DNA from: an uncultured Verrucomicrobiae bacterium
Lineage (GTDB): Bacteria; Chlamydiota; Chlamydiia; Chlamydiales; Rhabdochlamydiaceae
Length of the DNA stretch: 64,000 nucleotides
Direction of reading: 5' to 3'
NCBI GenBank assembly: GCA_963806855.1
Contig: CAWDYW010000001.1
Span: forward strand, 1,376,001-1,440,000
The first letter of the stretch is position 1. Each line of letters starts with the position of its first letter. A program made the position numbers and the translations under genes. This document shows positions 38,459-51,800 of the stretch, in pieces. The notes beneath the pieces were generated by a model that ran no database searches, was not told the origin of the DNA, and worked only from the letters and a program-made list of their open reading frames with translations.

Positions 38459-39829
38459 TTATTTGGAGTTGGCTCCATTTATGTATTTGCCATTCAACTC
38501 ACTCAGAGAATCCTGGCTGATTTTTCCAAGATATTGAGGAAGCTCTAGCCCGGCCAGAGAGGCGATATCATGGAGAGCTGGTAGCGATTTTGTAAATTGG
38601 CTGATGAAGTTTGAGGTCGATGACCCTTTTCCATCTGAGCTCCCACTGTCCCAGACTGTAATCTTGTCGATCTTGATGTTTTTAATCGCTTCCACTTGCA
38701 GCTTCACGATCTCTTCAAGTTTTTCTATCAGTAGCATTGTTGCTGCGCTCTTAGCATCTTCTCCGCAAGCTTCAAAGAGCTGTTTATAGCCTGTAGCCTT
38801 GGCATCTAATAGCTTCTGGATCCCTTCTGCTTCGGCTTGTCTGATTGACAGGATTGCTTCGGCTTCACCACGTGCTATGATGACTTTGCTTTGAGCTTCT
38901 GCCTCGGCATCAATTTGCATTTTTCGTTTCTTAATCTCTTGAGGAACAATTTGCTCGGCTTCTAAAAGTTGTGTCTGCGCTAAGGCGCGGGCTTTTTGAA
39001 TCATCGCTTCAGCATTTTGCTTAGCAACTTGACTGCGCTGGGCAGCTTCTGCTTCTTTTTCAGCTAATACAGCATTTGTCAAGGCCATTTGAGCTTTGGA
39101 GTCGTTTTCCCCTTTGATTGCTTCGGCATTATAAGAGGCAACAGAGACTCTGCGGTCTCTTTCTGCTAATGATTTTCCGATATCCCCTTGCTTTTCTTGC
39201 TCTGCCACATCGACTTTAGCCTGATTCACAGCCATGGAAGAGGCTTTCATCCCAATGCTTTCAATATAATTTGACTCGTCGGTGATATCTGTGATGTTGA
39301 CGTTCAACAAAGTCAGTCCGATCTTATGCAGTTCAGGCTCGATATTTTTCTTAATGGAATCTAAAAAGCGTTCTCTATCTTGGTTGATCTCTTCGATCCG
39401 TAGTGAAGCGACTGTCAGGCGAAGCTGGCCGATGATAATTTCTGTGGCCATCGACTCAATTTCTTTATGGCCCAGGTCCAGCATCCTGACGGCCGCATTG
39501 TTCATCACGTCGGGGGTGATGCCAACAGCGACTGTAAACGTGCTTGGTACGTTCACGCGGATGTTTTGATGGGAAAGAGCTCCCTTTAATGGAATGTGGA
39601 TGGTGCGTGGCGTTAAGTCCAAGAAAGCATATCCCTGGATCAATGGCCATATGAATGTTCCTCCGCCATGGTAGCACTGGACGGTCTTGCTGCCTGCTAC
39701 GCGTCCATAAACAACCAGGACTTTGTTCGAGGGGCATCGGCGATACAATTTCGCAAGAAAATACAATGTCGAGAAAATGAATAAAAGAAATCCTGCTACA
39801 GTGATGCTTAAATAGGAAATATCAAACAT
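38459..39829 (-). CDS. Flotillin / SPFH domain protein
   Basis: N-terminal TM, YRRCPS..VLVVYG, SPFH core, AEA-rich coiled coil, IKIDKITVWD. Likely start ATG 39829 after GAGG. Confidence 0.9.
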   Translation of the reverse strand: MFDISYLSITVAGFLLFIFSTLYFLAKLYRRCPSNKVLVVYGRVAGSKTVQCYHGGGTFIWPLIQGYAFLDLTPRTIHIPLKGALSHQNIRVNVPSTFTVAVGITPDVMNNAAVRMLDLGHKEIESMATEIIIGQLRLTVASLRIEEINQDRERFLDSIKKNIEPELHKIGLTLLNVNITDITDESNYIESIGMKASSMAVNQAKVDVAEQEKQGDIGKSLAERDRRVSVASYNAEAIKGENDSKAQMALTNAVLAEKEAEAAQRSQVAKQNAEAMIQKARALAQTQLLEAEQIVPQEIKKRKMQIDAEAEAQSKVIIARGEAEAILSIRQAEAEGIQKLLDAKATGYKQLFEACGEDAKSAATMLLIEKLEEIVKLQVEAIKNIKIDKITVWDSGSSDGKGSSTSNFISQFTKSLPALHDIASLAGLELPQYLGKISQDSLSELNGKYINGANSK

Positions 39830-39839
39830 AAGTACCTCT

Positions 39840-40447
39840 TTATAATGGTGTAACGACAACTGTGTTGTCGTCTTTTTTTTCAATAATTTTTACGCGCATA
39901 AATGAAGGCAGGTCTTCATGGATGTGAGAGATGGCATCAATTTCATGTGTTAAATGTTGCAGAGAAATTGAAATTTTGCCGATGCCTCCTTTGGGGATGC
40001 GTTGATAGACATAAGCCTCTTTTCCAATCGCATCTTCAATTCTATAGACGCTCCCAGAACTTTGAAGCTTTTTTGCTAATTTAAAAATAGAGCGAATAAT
40101 GAGGGCTGCAACAAATGCCTGCCGCAAGGGATATTCCAATCGTAGTGATGTTTTGAAGTCCAAATTCATTTTGGCATGTGATGGCTGTCCATCCAAACAT
40201 CATCAAAAAACCAGTGATGGCTTGCATTGAAAACCACTTGAATTTTCTGGCATCTGCTGAGTCATGTCCTGCATCGTGAATATTATCGGTAGCAACATTC
40301 ACAGGTATCAAAGCTATCATGATCACCAATACCGAAGATGTTAATCATGAATTGAATAATAAACATCCCTGAGCCAGCAAGTGCGCAAAACCAAAAAATG
40401 GAACCCGATTTAATCAATTCGCTAAAATAATTAATATAATAAAACAT
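39840..40447 (-). CDS. NfeD-like flotillin partner, two frameshifts
   Basis: Three frames concatenate to TM segments (IFWFCALAGSG, FSMQAITGFLMMFGW) plus an OB-fold (IGKEA.VY.RIP....GKI). Confidence 0.7.
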
Positions 40448-40554
40448 AATTGGCAATGATAATGCTACAAATTTTGATTAATTGCAAGATCAAAACCTTT
40501 AACTCGACTTTGGCATAAAAAGTCAGCACTTTAGAGCAATTTTCTCGTTGGACA

Positions 40555-40721
40555 TATACCGAAATTGATTCAAAAATCGGTTTTTGGGCGGGTTCAAAGC
40601 CCCGCGGTTGAGACTATCGACAAGGGGATAGTATTAACTCAATACAACCCCCTTGTCGATAGCTCAACCCGGGAGCTTTCAATCCCGCCCAAAAACCGAT
40701 TTTTGAATCAATTTCGGTATA
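40555..40721. mobile_element. Palindromic MITE-like element
   Basis: 167-bp hairpin TATACCGAAATTGATTCAAAAATCGG...CCGATTTTTGAATCAATTTCGGTATA with a core similar to 26641-26816. Confidence 0.8.
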
Positions 40722-40860
40722 CCCAGGACTTTTATTCCTTGATCTTTGGGGCAAGCTTCTGATAGACTCTTATTGTATTATTTAAAGTTATTTTGATCTG
40801 GACCTGGATAAGAGAAATGGGGCGAATTGGCTCCTGCCGGGTCCGTACCCCCCTATTGCT

Positions 40861-42084
40861 ATGGAACGTAAAAAAGAACTCAAATTTTTATTTCTTATTA
40901 TCATCGTCTTCATTGCTGCCTGCATTGAAACAGACATCTACCTGCCCGCATTTCCCGACATGATGAAATGGTTTAAGGCATCCGAAAGTCAAATCCAATC
41001 TCTGCTCACCTGGAACTTTGTCGGCATCTGCATAGCCGGTCCATTCTATGGCCCCATCTCCGACTCTTGGGGTCGAAAAAAGCCTCTTCTGATCGCCTTG
41101 GGCATGTTTCTAGCTGGGAGCCTGATGACCATCTTCGCTCAAAGCCTCGACCAAATGCTATGGGGGCGCATCCTTCAGGGCATTGGAAGCGGCGGCTGCT
41201 TCACTCTTGGCACCGCGATCATCTTCGACGCATTCCAGAAAGAGCGGGCCATCGACGCGCTCAATAAATTGAACACCACGATCCCCCTCATCATGGCCGC
41301 CGCGCCGATGCTTGGTGGCTATCTCAATTACAACTTTGGGTTTCGCTCGAACTTTTTGGCTATCGCCCTCTTCGTCGCCCTCAGCTTACTGATCTCCATT
41401 TTCCAATTTGAGGAGACACTGCCCAAGGAAAACCGCCTTCCCCTCAACTTCTCCAAGGTCTTTTCCGACTTTAAGCGGGCGTTCCTTTGCCTCCCCTTTT
41501 GGCAAATTACCTTGGCGACGAGCGTCCTCTTTGGAGGCTACATCGCCTTCCTATCGGGGATTTCGGTCCTCTTTGTCGTCGAATTTGGAATGAGCAAGGC
41601 GATCTTTCCCTTCATCCAAGCCGCCGTACTCGCTGGCTGGGTAGTGGGAAGTCTGACGATCAAGCGGTCAATCAAAAAATGGACAATCCCCAAGGTCAAA
41701 CGATCCGGTATTGTCCTTTGCGTGCTCGGCGGAGCTTTCTTAGGCTTGATGACTCTCGTTGCCCCGCGAGACCCCTACCTGCTGACGATTGGGATGGTGG
41801 TCCTTGCCTTCGGAGCCAACTGGGTGATTGGCCTCTATTTCCCTGAAGGGATGGAACTCCTCCCTGACATCAAGGGCATCACTGCCAGCCTGATGACCAG
41901 CGCTCGTCTGCTGATCGCCGCCGTAGTCGTCGGCCTCACCAGCAGTCTCTATGATGGGACGATCTATCCGGTCACACTCATGGTTCTGGCGACAATTGCG
42001 ATCTTCCTGCCCCTGCTGATCCAATTCGACCGCAAGCGACCAGCCAGCGCGAATACCGAGATCACTGAGACCATCAATCACTGA
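40861..42084 (+). CDS. MFS drug efflux transporter (Bcr/CflA family)
   Basis: DIYLPAFP, GPISDSWGRK, GRILQG.G, GFRSNF, EETLP, about 12 TMs. Confidence 0.9.
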   Translation: MERKKELKFLFLIIIVFIAACIETDIYLPAFPDMMKWFKASESQIQSLLTWNFVGICIAGPFYGPISDSWGRKKPLLIALGMFLAGSLMTIFAQSLDQMLWGRILQGIGSGGCFTLGTAIIFDAFQKERAIDALNKLNTTIPLIMAAAPMLGGYLNYNFGFRSNFLAIALFVALSLLISIFQFEETLPKENRLPLNFSKVFSDFKRAFLCLPFWQITLATSVLFGGYIAFLSGISVLFVVEFGMSKAIFPFIQAAVLAGWVVGSLTIKRSIKKWTIPKVKRSGIVLCVLGGAFLGLMTLVAPRDPYLLTIGMVVLAFGANWVIGLYFPEGMELLPDIKGITASLMTSARLLIAAVVVGLTSSLYDGTIYPVTLMVLATIAIFLPLLIQFDRKRPASANTEITETINH

Positions 42085-42089
42085 CCTGT

Positions 42090-42124
42090 TTCAACGCAAA
42101 GCGCCTTCGCGTCTTTGCGTTGAA
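42090..42124. repeat. Short hairpin copy of the 8-mer REP-like repeat
   Basis: TTCAACGCAAAGCGCCTTCGCGTCTTTGCGTTGAA between convergent genes. Confidence 0.7.
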
Positions 42125-42162
42125 TGGGAGGTCCAAATTCGAATCAAGTTTTGCAATTCCTT

Positions 42163-42696
42163 CTAATGTTTGGCAATTTTGCCCATTGCGAGGCCAGCCA
42201 AAAACCATTGTACTAAAATAGCCATCATCGAATAGAGAGCAAAGTTCCAGGTATAATACCCTTTGACCATGAAGGAAAGCTTTGATGCTGCTGCGATGAG
42301 AAGACCAATTAAGACAAAAAAGCTGAGCCTTCTTCCATATGACATCAACGGTTTGTGATGCAACAGTAACCAGGTCGCGACAAACGCCATAAAGACCTTA
42401 ACAAGCCATGAGCCGATGAGTACCAGGATTAATGGCCGTACGCCTGCCGGATTAATCCCCGTTAGAACCAGCGGCAACTTACTCTCAATTGCTCTGCTAT
42501 CTTTTGGATTTGGCATCACGTAGACCCCAGCTGTTGGGCTATTTTTTTTCAAAACTGCAGCCACCTCTTTTTCGTCTACAAAGCTTTTCACTACAATGCC
42601 CTGCCAATATGCTGTTTTCCATGACACTATCGACATCACAAATAAAATCGTTCCGCCAATAAGCGCTGAAATTAAAAGGGATTTATTGATTTTCAT
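42163..42696 (-). CDS. Four-TM membrane protein
   Basis: LIGG.ILF....SW, G.Y..P motif, hydrophobic helices. Confidence 0.65.
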   Translation of the reverse strand: MKINKSLLISALIGGTILFVMSIVSWKTAYWQGIVVKSFVDEKEVAAVLKKNSPTAGVYVMPNPKDSRAIESKLPLVLTGINPAGVRPLILVLIGSWLVKVFMAFVATWLLLHHKPLMSYGRRLSFFVLIGLLIAAASKLSFMVKGYYTWNFALYSMMAILVQWFLAGLAMGKIAKH

Positions 42697-42814
42697 ACAT
42701 TTCCTGTTAAGTGTTAAAATTACTGATGCACCCAGATTTGCAAGAGCAAACCATCGCTACTTCCTAATTTTTTTTTACTACAGGAAAATTTTTTATACTA
42801 GACATTTCATCATT

Positions 42815-45800
42815 TTATTGCTGCCGCTCGATCGCTTGATTAAAGACTTTGGCTAAATCGGAGTTGGGAAACCGTTCTTGGCTCCGCTGCCGATTGCCGA
42901 GGACGATCTGGGTGAACCACTGCCGAATGGCTTTGACATCTTTGCCTTGGAGGAACTCGAGCAGAGCGGCTCTCTCCTCTTCGGTGTAGTCGAGGATCCC
43001 ATTGACCAGTTTGGCTTGGGCTGTCAATCCATGGAAATGGGCAAGCTCGATCGGCTGGCCACTATGCCGCCAGATTTTATTCGTCCCCAGATTGAGTAAG
43101 CCTAAGTTGGGGGCATCAGGGATCCGATCTTTCATCAGGGTCTTTATTTGGCTCGCATCGTCTTGGTCGAGAAGCATTACCCGGATCTCCCCTTTGTCTT
43201 CGATCAAGAGAATGTGATTCGTCACGGGATCTTCATATTCATCATAGGGAACAAAACGGACCTGCTTGGCTAGATCCTTTGGGGTATAGATGGGCATCCG
43301 ATTCAGGGAGGTGAGCAGGCGCGGATCGAAGATTGAGGCGATGGGGTGATAATGGCTGAGGGCGTCGGCAACTGCTACTTGTCGGGCCGGAAGGTTGTTG
43401 ATGTTAGCCTCGCGCACAAGCGAAGCGGAGGCCGGTTTTAAGAGGTCGGGGGTGAAAAGGGTCTCTTTGGTCCAGGGAAGGACATCTACTGGCAATTCGG
43501 GTCTCTTTTCGTGGACTGCAGTACGCAATTGGACCTGTGTTTTGGTCTTTGTTTTGGTCTCGGTATTGGCCTCTGTTTTCGTTTTTGCCCTTGTCTTGGT
43601 CTTCACTTTGAGTCGGACTCCTGTATCGATTGGTTGGTAGAGATGGCTTGCCATGCGCGGGAGCATTCGATCTGCGGTCTCACGGAGCTCTTTTTCGATC
43701 GCTTGGACATCGCAGTATTGAGCAAGAACAGGATGCTCGGCCAAAGCTATCATCGGCTCGCTCGATAGCACCTCTTGCAATTCGGCTTCGACCACTTTTT
43801 TAGCTTGCTCAAGGCTCTCGCAGGTTCCATAGAGATTGTAAGGATTGGGGTCGATTTCGCGTAGGAATAGCCCTTTTGTCGCCTGCAGGATCTCGATGAT
43901 CTGATCGGAGGTGACCTCTGGCTGGACGATCACATTGAAGACTTGGCCGATCAGTTGAGCGCGCAGTTGCTGGCCAAATGAGCGGTGATTGTCATCGGCA
44001 ATTCTGAGCGCTTGGCTATAAGCAGCATAGAGGAGTAGGTGACGGAGCTCGAGTTTTTCGATCTTCTGCTTGGTTAAATTCTCTAGGGTCTCAACTATCA
44101 CAGCCCGGTCCCCTTCTTCGACTGCAAAACGGACGGTCTGCCCTCGGTCGAGTTTGCGTAGGCGCCAGACGGTTTGGAGCAGATCACGCATCATGGTATA
44201 GCGGCCAAAGGTGACGACGGCGCTCGCGGTGATGCCAAGTGGAATATCGGAACCGGTACAGAGCTCCTGCTTCCAATAGGGGGCGCGATCTTCTTTAGCT
44301 ACGCCTGCTCCCAGAAGCGGTTCAGAAGGTCTACCAGGAAGAGCGACCAGGAGATTGTCTTTTTCATCGTAGTAAGGGACCCCTTTCCATGGCCCTTTTT
44401 CGAGGATCTTTCGAGCGACCTCTTCGCCATTGTCATCAGCAAACATGTTGCCCACGTCGGCAATCGCGATACTGGATTTGCCTTGGAAAAGCTGGTCGAG
44501 TTTCCCATCGAGGTCTTTGGCGCTGACGATGGTCACATCCTGGGGGCTATTGGTGTGGAGTAGATGGAGGGTTTTGGCTTCGGTATCGGAGAGCTGGATA
44601 GCTTTAAACATCGCATCGAAGGTCTGCCAGTTCCAGATGGTGCCGCTAAAGCCGCGGGTCGTCATCGCCATCTGGAAGAGAACAAGCGCATCGGCCTGCA
44701 ATTGCAGAGGGAAGATTTTGAGCTGAGGGTGGATCGCATATTTCATGGCCAGATCGATGATGAGTCCCGGATCATTTTGATTGATGTGGGCTAGGATCTC
44801 ATCTATTTCTTTGTCGCCGATCCGATTGAGAGGATACCGTTTACCTCCAGTCATCCGCATCAATTGGGCAAAGATGGGGCTCTCTTCGGCCGACTTGATC
44901 GCCCCTTCAGCGAGGTCTGAGAGGAGCTGATCACGCAGTTCGTGGAATTCTTTGCGGACAAATTCTTTTGGCAATCCTTTCGCCAGATAGATCTGGAGAG
45001 AATAATTGATCCCCTCTTCGGCAGTTCCATGTTCAGAGCCAATTTCCCAACTCCCCTTTTCAAGGGGCTTCGAAATGAGCTTTGTCTCCTCATCTACCTG
45101 GTGGTCTTCAACAAGGCCGTAATGTTCGTCGACCCGTTTGCTAAAGGTCTCGGGAATCATTTTATTGAGCTGCTGCTTGCAGACGGCCAGCTGATTTTTA
45201 AGTGAGAGCGACTCGAGGCCAGCTACATAGGCAAAAGCCTCAGGATCCTCTTTATTGAGCAGATAATTTCGGATCAGAGACTGATCAAGCTTGCTAATTT
45301 CTGGACAAATTTTCCCCGTTAAAATCGCTTCAAGTAGGCGGGGTTTGACGATCTTGTGATGGGTTTCTGCTGTAAACGGTTTTGTACAGATCGGAGCGAG
45401 CTGTGGATCGGTGACCATGAACTTGATCAATTCAGCTGTGGTCGTCTTCAATTCTTCATTGGCCGGTATCCGCTCTCCATTTGGGCCAGCTAGTGAGAAG
45501 ATCTGCAATTTGAGGACATCGGCAATCGAGTCGAGCTCATCGAAGGTGATGCTCCCATGATTGCGCAATTTCGCAAGCACCTGCCGGAAGAGATCGATTT
45601 GCCGGGACGAATTTTTATTGAGGACGTCCTCGATGAAGCGAAGCAGGAGGCTCTGCAAACTGCTGCTACTGACCATCACCAGTTTGCCAGACTCGCGCGC
45701 CTCATCCAATCGGGTAAGAAGCCGCTTAAGAGCGCCGATTTCGAAGTTGGTATCTCGGTCAAAGGTCAAGACATCGATACTGCGGCCAAAGGATTTGCCA

Positions 45801-48800
45801 AATCGCTCTTCGAGCTCTTGAATTTTATCCGGCATGAGCCCTTCTGGCATCACGATGAGGGATAGCTGCTCTCCATTTGCCTCTAGATAGGCGATCAGGG
45901 GTATTAAGACGGCTGTCTTTCCGGAGCCCATGATCATCTCGAGCACATTGGATACCTCTTTGCTATGGATCTTCTCTCCTCTTCTGACTCTATGCATGAG
46001 CTCATCGAGTCCAGCCACCTGTCTTTCTTGCAAGAGAATCCCCATGTAGTACTCAAACACTAAATATTCGGGATGCTCAGCCGGATCAAATTGTCGCACT
46101 GCATCCGATGCAGCTTTGATTTGTCCAATCAAATTCGAGATTTCTTGAGGGGATGTGCCATTTGCCTCTTCGAGGTCTTTCAATGCTTCGATGACGGCTT
46201 GCTTGCGCTGCCGCTCAGTCGCATGGATGAGCAGATCCATGGTCGCTTGTAAGAGCCGATCGATCTCTTGAGCAGAAAGGCCCGGGTTGAGTTTCTGAAT
46301 TCTCGCCGGCTGTCGCTGAGTTAATGCGCGCGCAAGATCGAGAAGGGTGACTGGGGTTAAATTGCCACTGGCCAAGGCAGCCTGATGCGCTGCTTTGAGA
46401 GTCGGATCTTGGGGCAGCCGATTGGCAGCCTCTAGGATATTTTTTAACGCAGTCGACTCTCTGCCAGTCATGACAAAATGCTCCTGCTCGATTTCCAAGC
46501 GGCAACGTCGCAATCCTTCCCGATCCTTTAAACGATAGGTAGGCAAGGCGCTGGTCTGACTCTCGTAGTCTTGTAGCTTCTGCACTACATCTTCCACGGG
46601 TTTCACTTGGAAGATCTTCTGTAGGGCAGCGGTAGAGATCTTTCCAGTAGGGATCGGAGTAATATAGTCATCTAGATCGGCGATAACAGGCCCTTGCAGC
46701 TTGGGCACGCTGTGCAATTTAACGCTATGCTGATAGGCCTCTCGAGCGTCGATCTGTGCGGGAGGCTCACGCCGGACAATCGGGGCTCTGGCTTTAGTGG
46801 TTCCGGAGACAGTGGAAAATTGGGGTTTATAAGGCGAGTCTTTGCTAAAATATTTATGATAAAAATGGGATCTATCCATCTCGTTTTCAGATCTTTCTTG
46901 GTGGCTCCAACCGCCATCTGTTTTGCGTACTGTTTCAATGATTTCAGCTCTAGAGGGCAACTGCACGGGGCCTTCCATCAATGCAATGATAAGCACTTTG
47001 GCTAAAACCTTTGTTGCATCAGAGACGCGGCCGGAACGGACGACTTGAAGGGCGGTCAGCAATTCCTCATAGGCTTGTTCAGCATCGAGTTCTGCAGAGA
47101 GGAAGGTTCCGGTGAGCCGTCGGTAGGCAGCTTGGTAATCTGATCGCAAAATCGCTTCATAGATGTCATAGAAATTTTTTCCATTCAACCCGGCTCTCAG
47201 AAGCCCTTCTCTCGCATCATTTCCAGACAAGGCGTCGAAGAAGAGTTTCCAATTCTGCTCTCTTCTACCTTGCGACTTCTCAATATATCCATCCGGAATC
47301 TGCATTTGAACATTCTTTGACTCACCTGATCGAGAGATCCCTAGCTGCTCTTGAATTAAGTGCTCTTCTTCTTTCGTCAGCGCAAGCTCTGGCGTAAATT
47401 CGAGTTGATGCCGATATTTGCTGTAGTCGCGATTTTCTGAGGGCATCTTTGCCTCTTTGCCAAAGTCGAGATGATGTCGAATGCGCGCCGCAAAAGCGAT
47501 CATCCGGACTGCGTTTCCTTGAGGAGAATGGTCATGATTGAATTTATTGAGCTCAATCATCTTGTCGAGAAGCTTCAGCTCTTCCGCTGTATAGGGGCTG
47601 TGCTGTCCCCCATAACCGCGGATCAATTCGGCAGCTAACTCGTAGTTGTGGTGCCATAAATGGACCATCGCCAAATGAAAACGGCCTTCGATGGGTCTAG
47701 GAATTAGCGTGCGGTCCATTGGATCCACATCGTAAAGGGCATAACGTTGCTTAGGTGCGCGGATGTCTCGAAGCAAGACCGCCTCTGGATCGAATGCATG
47801 GCTTCTCGACTCTGCGAAATGCTGAAGGGGCATCGCGATCACTTGTTGGGTATTTTGATTCCGGTCTAAGCGATCGAGCACGAGATAATTTTCGATTTTC
47901 TCCAGATAGGAATGGCGCTGAATGGGATGGAGGAAGTACCCCGAAAGCTGATCACACCTAATTTTCCCTTCCCCATCGACAGTGAAGCTTAAATTAAAGC
48001 GAGGGAACTCAATGGCGGCGAGTTTCCCATTATTTGGATCTGTCCAGGCCAAAATCCAGGAGGGATCTTCGAATTTTGTAAGGAAGTTAAACGATTGCGC
48101 GACCTTAGCCAGCACGAGGCCATCGTGTCGGGTGATCTTTTCATTACGGATCTGGAATTTCTCCTTCCCCGTCCCAATCTCTAAAATGCGTGTCTCTTCA
48201 TTGTTTGACCAAACAAGATTTCCACTCTCAAGAGCTCTAATGCCATAACAGACCTCAAGGGGATTGAGCTGTAACTGGTAAAATTTGCCGTCGATCTCAC
48301 GCTGGTAGAAAGCCTCATCATTTTTAGCAACCATCCGCACCCCTTCTGGAGTCGTAAAGAGAAATCCCCCATCTGGAGTCTGAACAGCCTTAATGGCCTC
48401 AGGATTGCTGGTAAGCTGGTATTGCTTTAGACGCTCGCGAATCTCTTCGGGCAAAGCGCGAGGAGTCAGGCCAACCTCATAATAGCTTCCTTTCAAGACA
48501 TTAAGCGTGATCCGCCCATCGGTGGTTTGGAATAGAGGGAAATCTCCATGGACCTTCCACTCCTGGGCCTTGTGGTGGGGTAAAACGTTCTGGAGTATCG
48601 TATTGAGGTGCCGATTCCGATCGGGGCCCATAAAGAGAGCCCTGATGGCAACGCGGTGCTCGATTGGCAAATCACGCCTAATCTCATCATCGAACGGAGT
48701 AAACTCGAAAGGATAGAGATTTTGCTGGATTCCCAGGGTGACGATATCGAGGGGATCTTGTGAACTCTTGGCCAAAATATACTGCAGGTAAGTCCGCTCC

Positions 48801-51800
48801 CGGTCGGTCAGCCCTGAATCCTGCAAAGATTTGCGCAGTTTGGGGATGGGGTCTTCAATTAAATCTTGATTTTGTCCTGCATGGCTTAAATAACGTCTTG
48901 CTTTTGCAGCGATATCTAGGAAGGAAGCGGCGATTTCATATTTGCCCATTAGCTCACCGAAGTATTGATGTCCGTGGATGGCAAGATTCTCAATGCTCTT
49001 GGTCAAAGCAGCCAGTTCTTTGGGATTTCTCGATTGGATCTCCTCCAATAAAAACCCCTGTTCAAAGAGCATATAGTGGAGCATCTTGATGTATTCACTT
49101 TTCTCAAGCAGAGGGAAATTGGTCGTAAAGAAGGCGAGGGTTTCTTCAATTTGCAACTGCTCTTTACTGCTCAGTCCCAAGAGCCGCTGCGCCATTTCTC
49201 GAGATTCTTTGAGTGTATGTACACGTTGAAATTGTGGCCACCAGTGTGAATGAATCCAAGATTGATCATACCTCGATTCTGCATCCTTGTGCTCCAAGAG
49301 GGCCCGATCTTTTGGTGGCTGGCGATATCGATAGAGGCTACCTCCCCAATCTCTTTCAACTCGTTCAATTTTCCCATAGACATTACTTAAGCTTTCATCA
49401 TGTTCCCCATAAGCCCCTGTCAGAATAGGACCTGGGAGTACAACATCCGGGCCCGTTGATCTCCATATAGAACGATGTCTTTGTGCTCTATCGCCTGCCG
49501 GATGTCCATACTGTTCAAAGTGCAGCTCCCAGAAATAGTGAGGGCCTTCGTCAGTCTGTTCTACATAGCGATCCACACTCCGGATCGGCCTTTGACGCAA
49601 CATGAAATCTGCGTCTTTATCAAGATTATAGGATTGTTTTTGCTGCAAATATGACCAATGGTCAGCACTATTCCACCCTCCGGTAAAAAGATAATTTGTG
49701 ATAAAGGAGAGATCCCATAAATGGAAAAAGATCTCAGGGAGGACCCCTTGGACTCGCCCTGAATGATTCATTTCCATCTTGCTCAAAGGGTTATTTGGAT
49801 CGGGGAACCTACGATCTTCTTCAGCTCGCAATTGATCCATGAGCGCAGCTAAAGCAACAGCTGTAGGCGAAGCTTTTTGCAGAAGGGGAAGTTGTGAATG
49901 AAGCTCTTTTAGTTTTTCTGGATGATCTCTTAAATATTGCACAGTCCACGCGATGAGCGGCCATTCTTGCCATTTTCCAAATGCCTGAGGTACATATTTA
50001 ACTTTCCTTTCTGCTAGCTCAACATCTTCACTTATATGAATCTTAACATCGCTATTATAATAATATAATCCTGTTGGAGCCCATTCAAAGCCAAAAAGAG
50101 ATGCAAATTTTTCCCAATCAGCAAGAGGCTGAGTTATTTCCTTACCCCTTTCTTTACCGCTAGGATCAACTTTGTCCCAATAGGCCCTCAGTTTAGCCAT
50201 ATCGTCTTCCAAAGCAGGGTTATCAACGCGGCTATAGGCCGTTATTCCATAGAGGACAACGGCCATTTGCTGCTGAAGCATATTTGGCAACGCGATCCCG
50301 GTCGACCCTTCAAATTGACGGGCAATCGAATCGGCGATCGTCAGCAACTTGATCGGCACCATCGCATCCTTAATCGGCAAACGGAACATACGACTCGGAT
50401 CCTTGTGGAGCACCCACTGAAGGGACCACTGAAATTCGCTGGCCAGCTGCACCAGGTCATCGACAAAAGACACAGCCTCAGCAGGTGAAATCGATTTGGC
50501 GAAGGGCGAACCCATTTTTTCGGTCGCTAAAATTTGATCCAGCGGCATGCTCTGAACAAAGCTGTGAGTTGCGGCTCTCACTTGTTGCCAATTGTTCGCG
50601 ATATTTCCCTGATGGATTTTCTTGACCGCCTCCTTCACCGACTTTGCCCCTTCGAAAGGGGAAATCTCGAGTCCTTGATAGGGAGGAGCCGGTTCAATGC
50701 CTCTTCCTGTAGAGGAAGCTGCAAAATCGACCTTGGCTCCAGTAAACACTAAGTCAGAGATTTTCGAATCGATCTTGACAAGGTAAGGGGAAACGTCGAT
50801 TTCTCGATTCCGCTTGGCACCCTGAATGATTTCCTCCATGCGGCTTGAGATGAGCTCGAGCTCTCGATCATTTAGACTATTTCTCTCCGGTTGCGCGACC
50901 CGAATCGCATCTTGAATCGTCTGCTTCGCAGCTCGGACAAGGAGCTCTCGATTTGTGTTATCCAACGTCTCCCTATTCGCTTGCCAATAGTCCCAAGTGG
51001 CCTTCGCCTCTAGCTCCACCATCACACGATCATGAAGTTGATCGCTGCCGAGCTGATGATGCAACCATGCGGAAAGCGAGGAGTAAGTGCAAATCCCAAC
51101 AAAGATGCTTGGCAGCAGATGCTCGGCCGGAATTAGCCGTTTGCTGATCTTCCCTTCCATCCGGCCAAACAGATTGTAGTACATCTCAGAAGGATCCCAT
51201 TTCACCCCATCTTTTGGCTCATTCTTCATTTCCTGCAGCCCTTGAATCACGACCGGGCGGATCAGATTGGCGCGGCGCACCTCGACGATTTCGTGCATCC
51301 CGAGCACCTGCATCTTGTCTCCCATATTAGTAGACGGATGATACTGGACCCCATCGCCCATATTATAAATCCTAAACGTGAAGTCATCGTCACCCATCTT
51401 GACAATTTCATAGATCACCGCGTGCCCACCCATCATGCCTGGGGATGTCCAACCGCCAGACCAAATGAGATTATCCCCTACAGCTAACTGACTCAGCTCG
51501 AAATTCAATCGTTTGGAAAATTGATTGTTGTCCAACTTCTCAAAGTCTTCAGTACGGGTAATCCCCTGCTCGATTTTATCTGCCGCAACCTGCAACCGGG
51601 GGTCGTTTCGGAGCCTAAGTTGGTCCTTGACATAAGAGAGCATGGCAACACTCTGATAGCTTTCCAGACCAGATGCCTTTCCAAATTCTCGTCCTGCTAA
51701 ATGGAGAACAAGCCCTGAGTCGACCGGCGGTCCCTGCGCATCTAGGTAATGGACGAGATTATTCTCTTGGAACACATCGAGAGCTGTTCTAGAAACTGCA

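Noticed and set aside
40565..40762. 65-aa ORF
   Set aside because: Lies mostly within the palindromic element, with no RBS or coding evidence.
40796..40860. Riboswitch upstream of the MFS transporter
   Set aside because: A GGACCTGG...CCGGGTCC stem exists, but I could not match it to any riboswitch consensus. An Rfam search would be needed.
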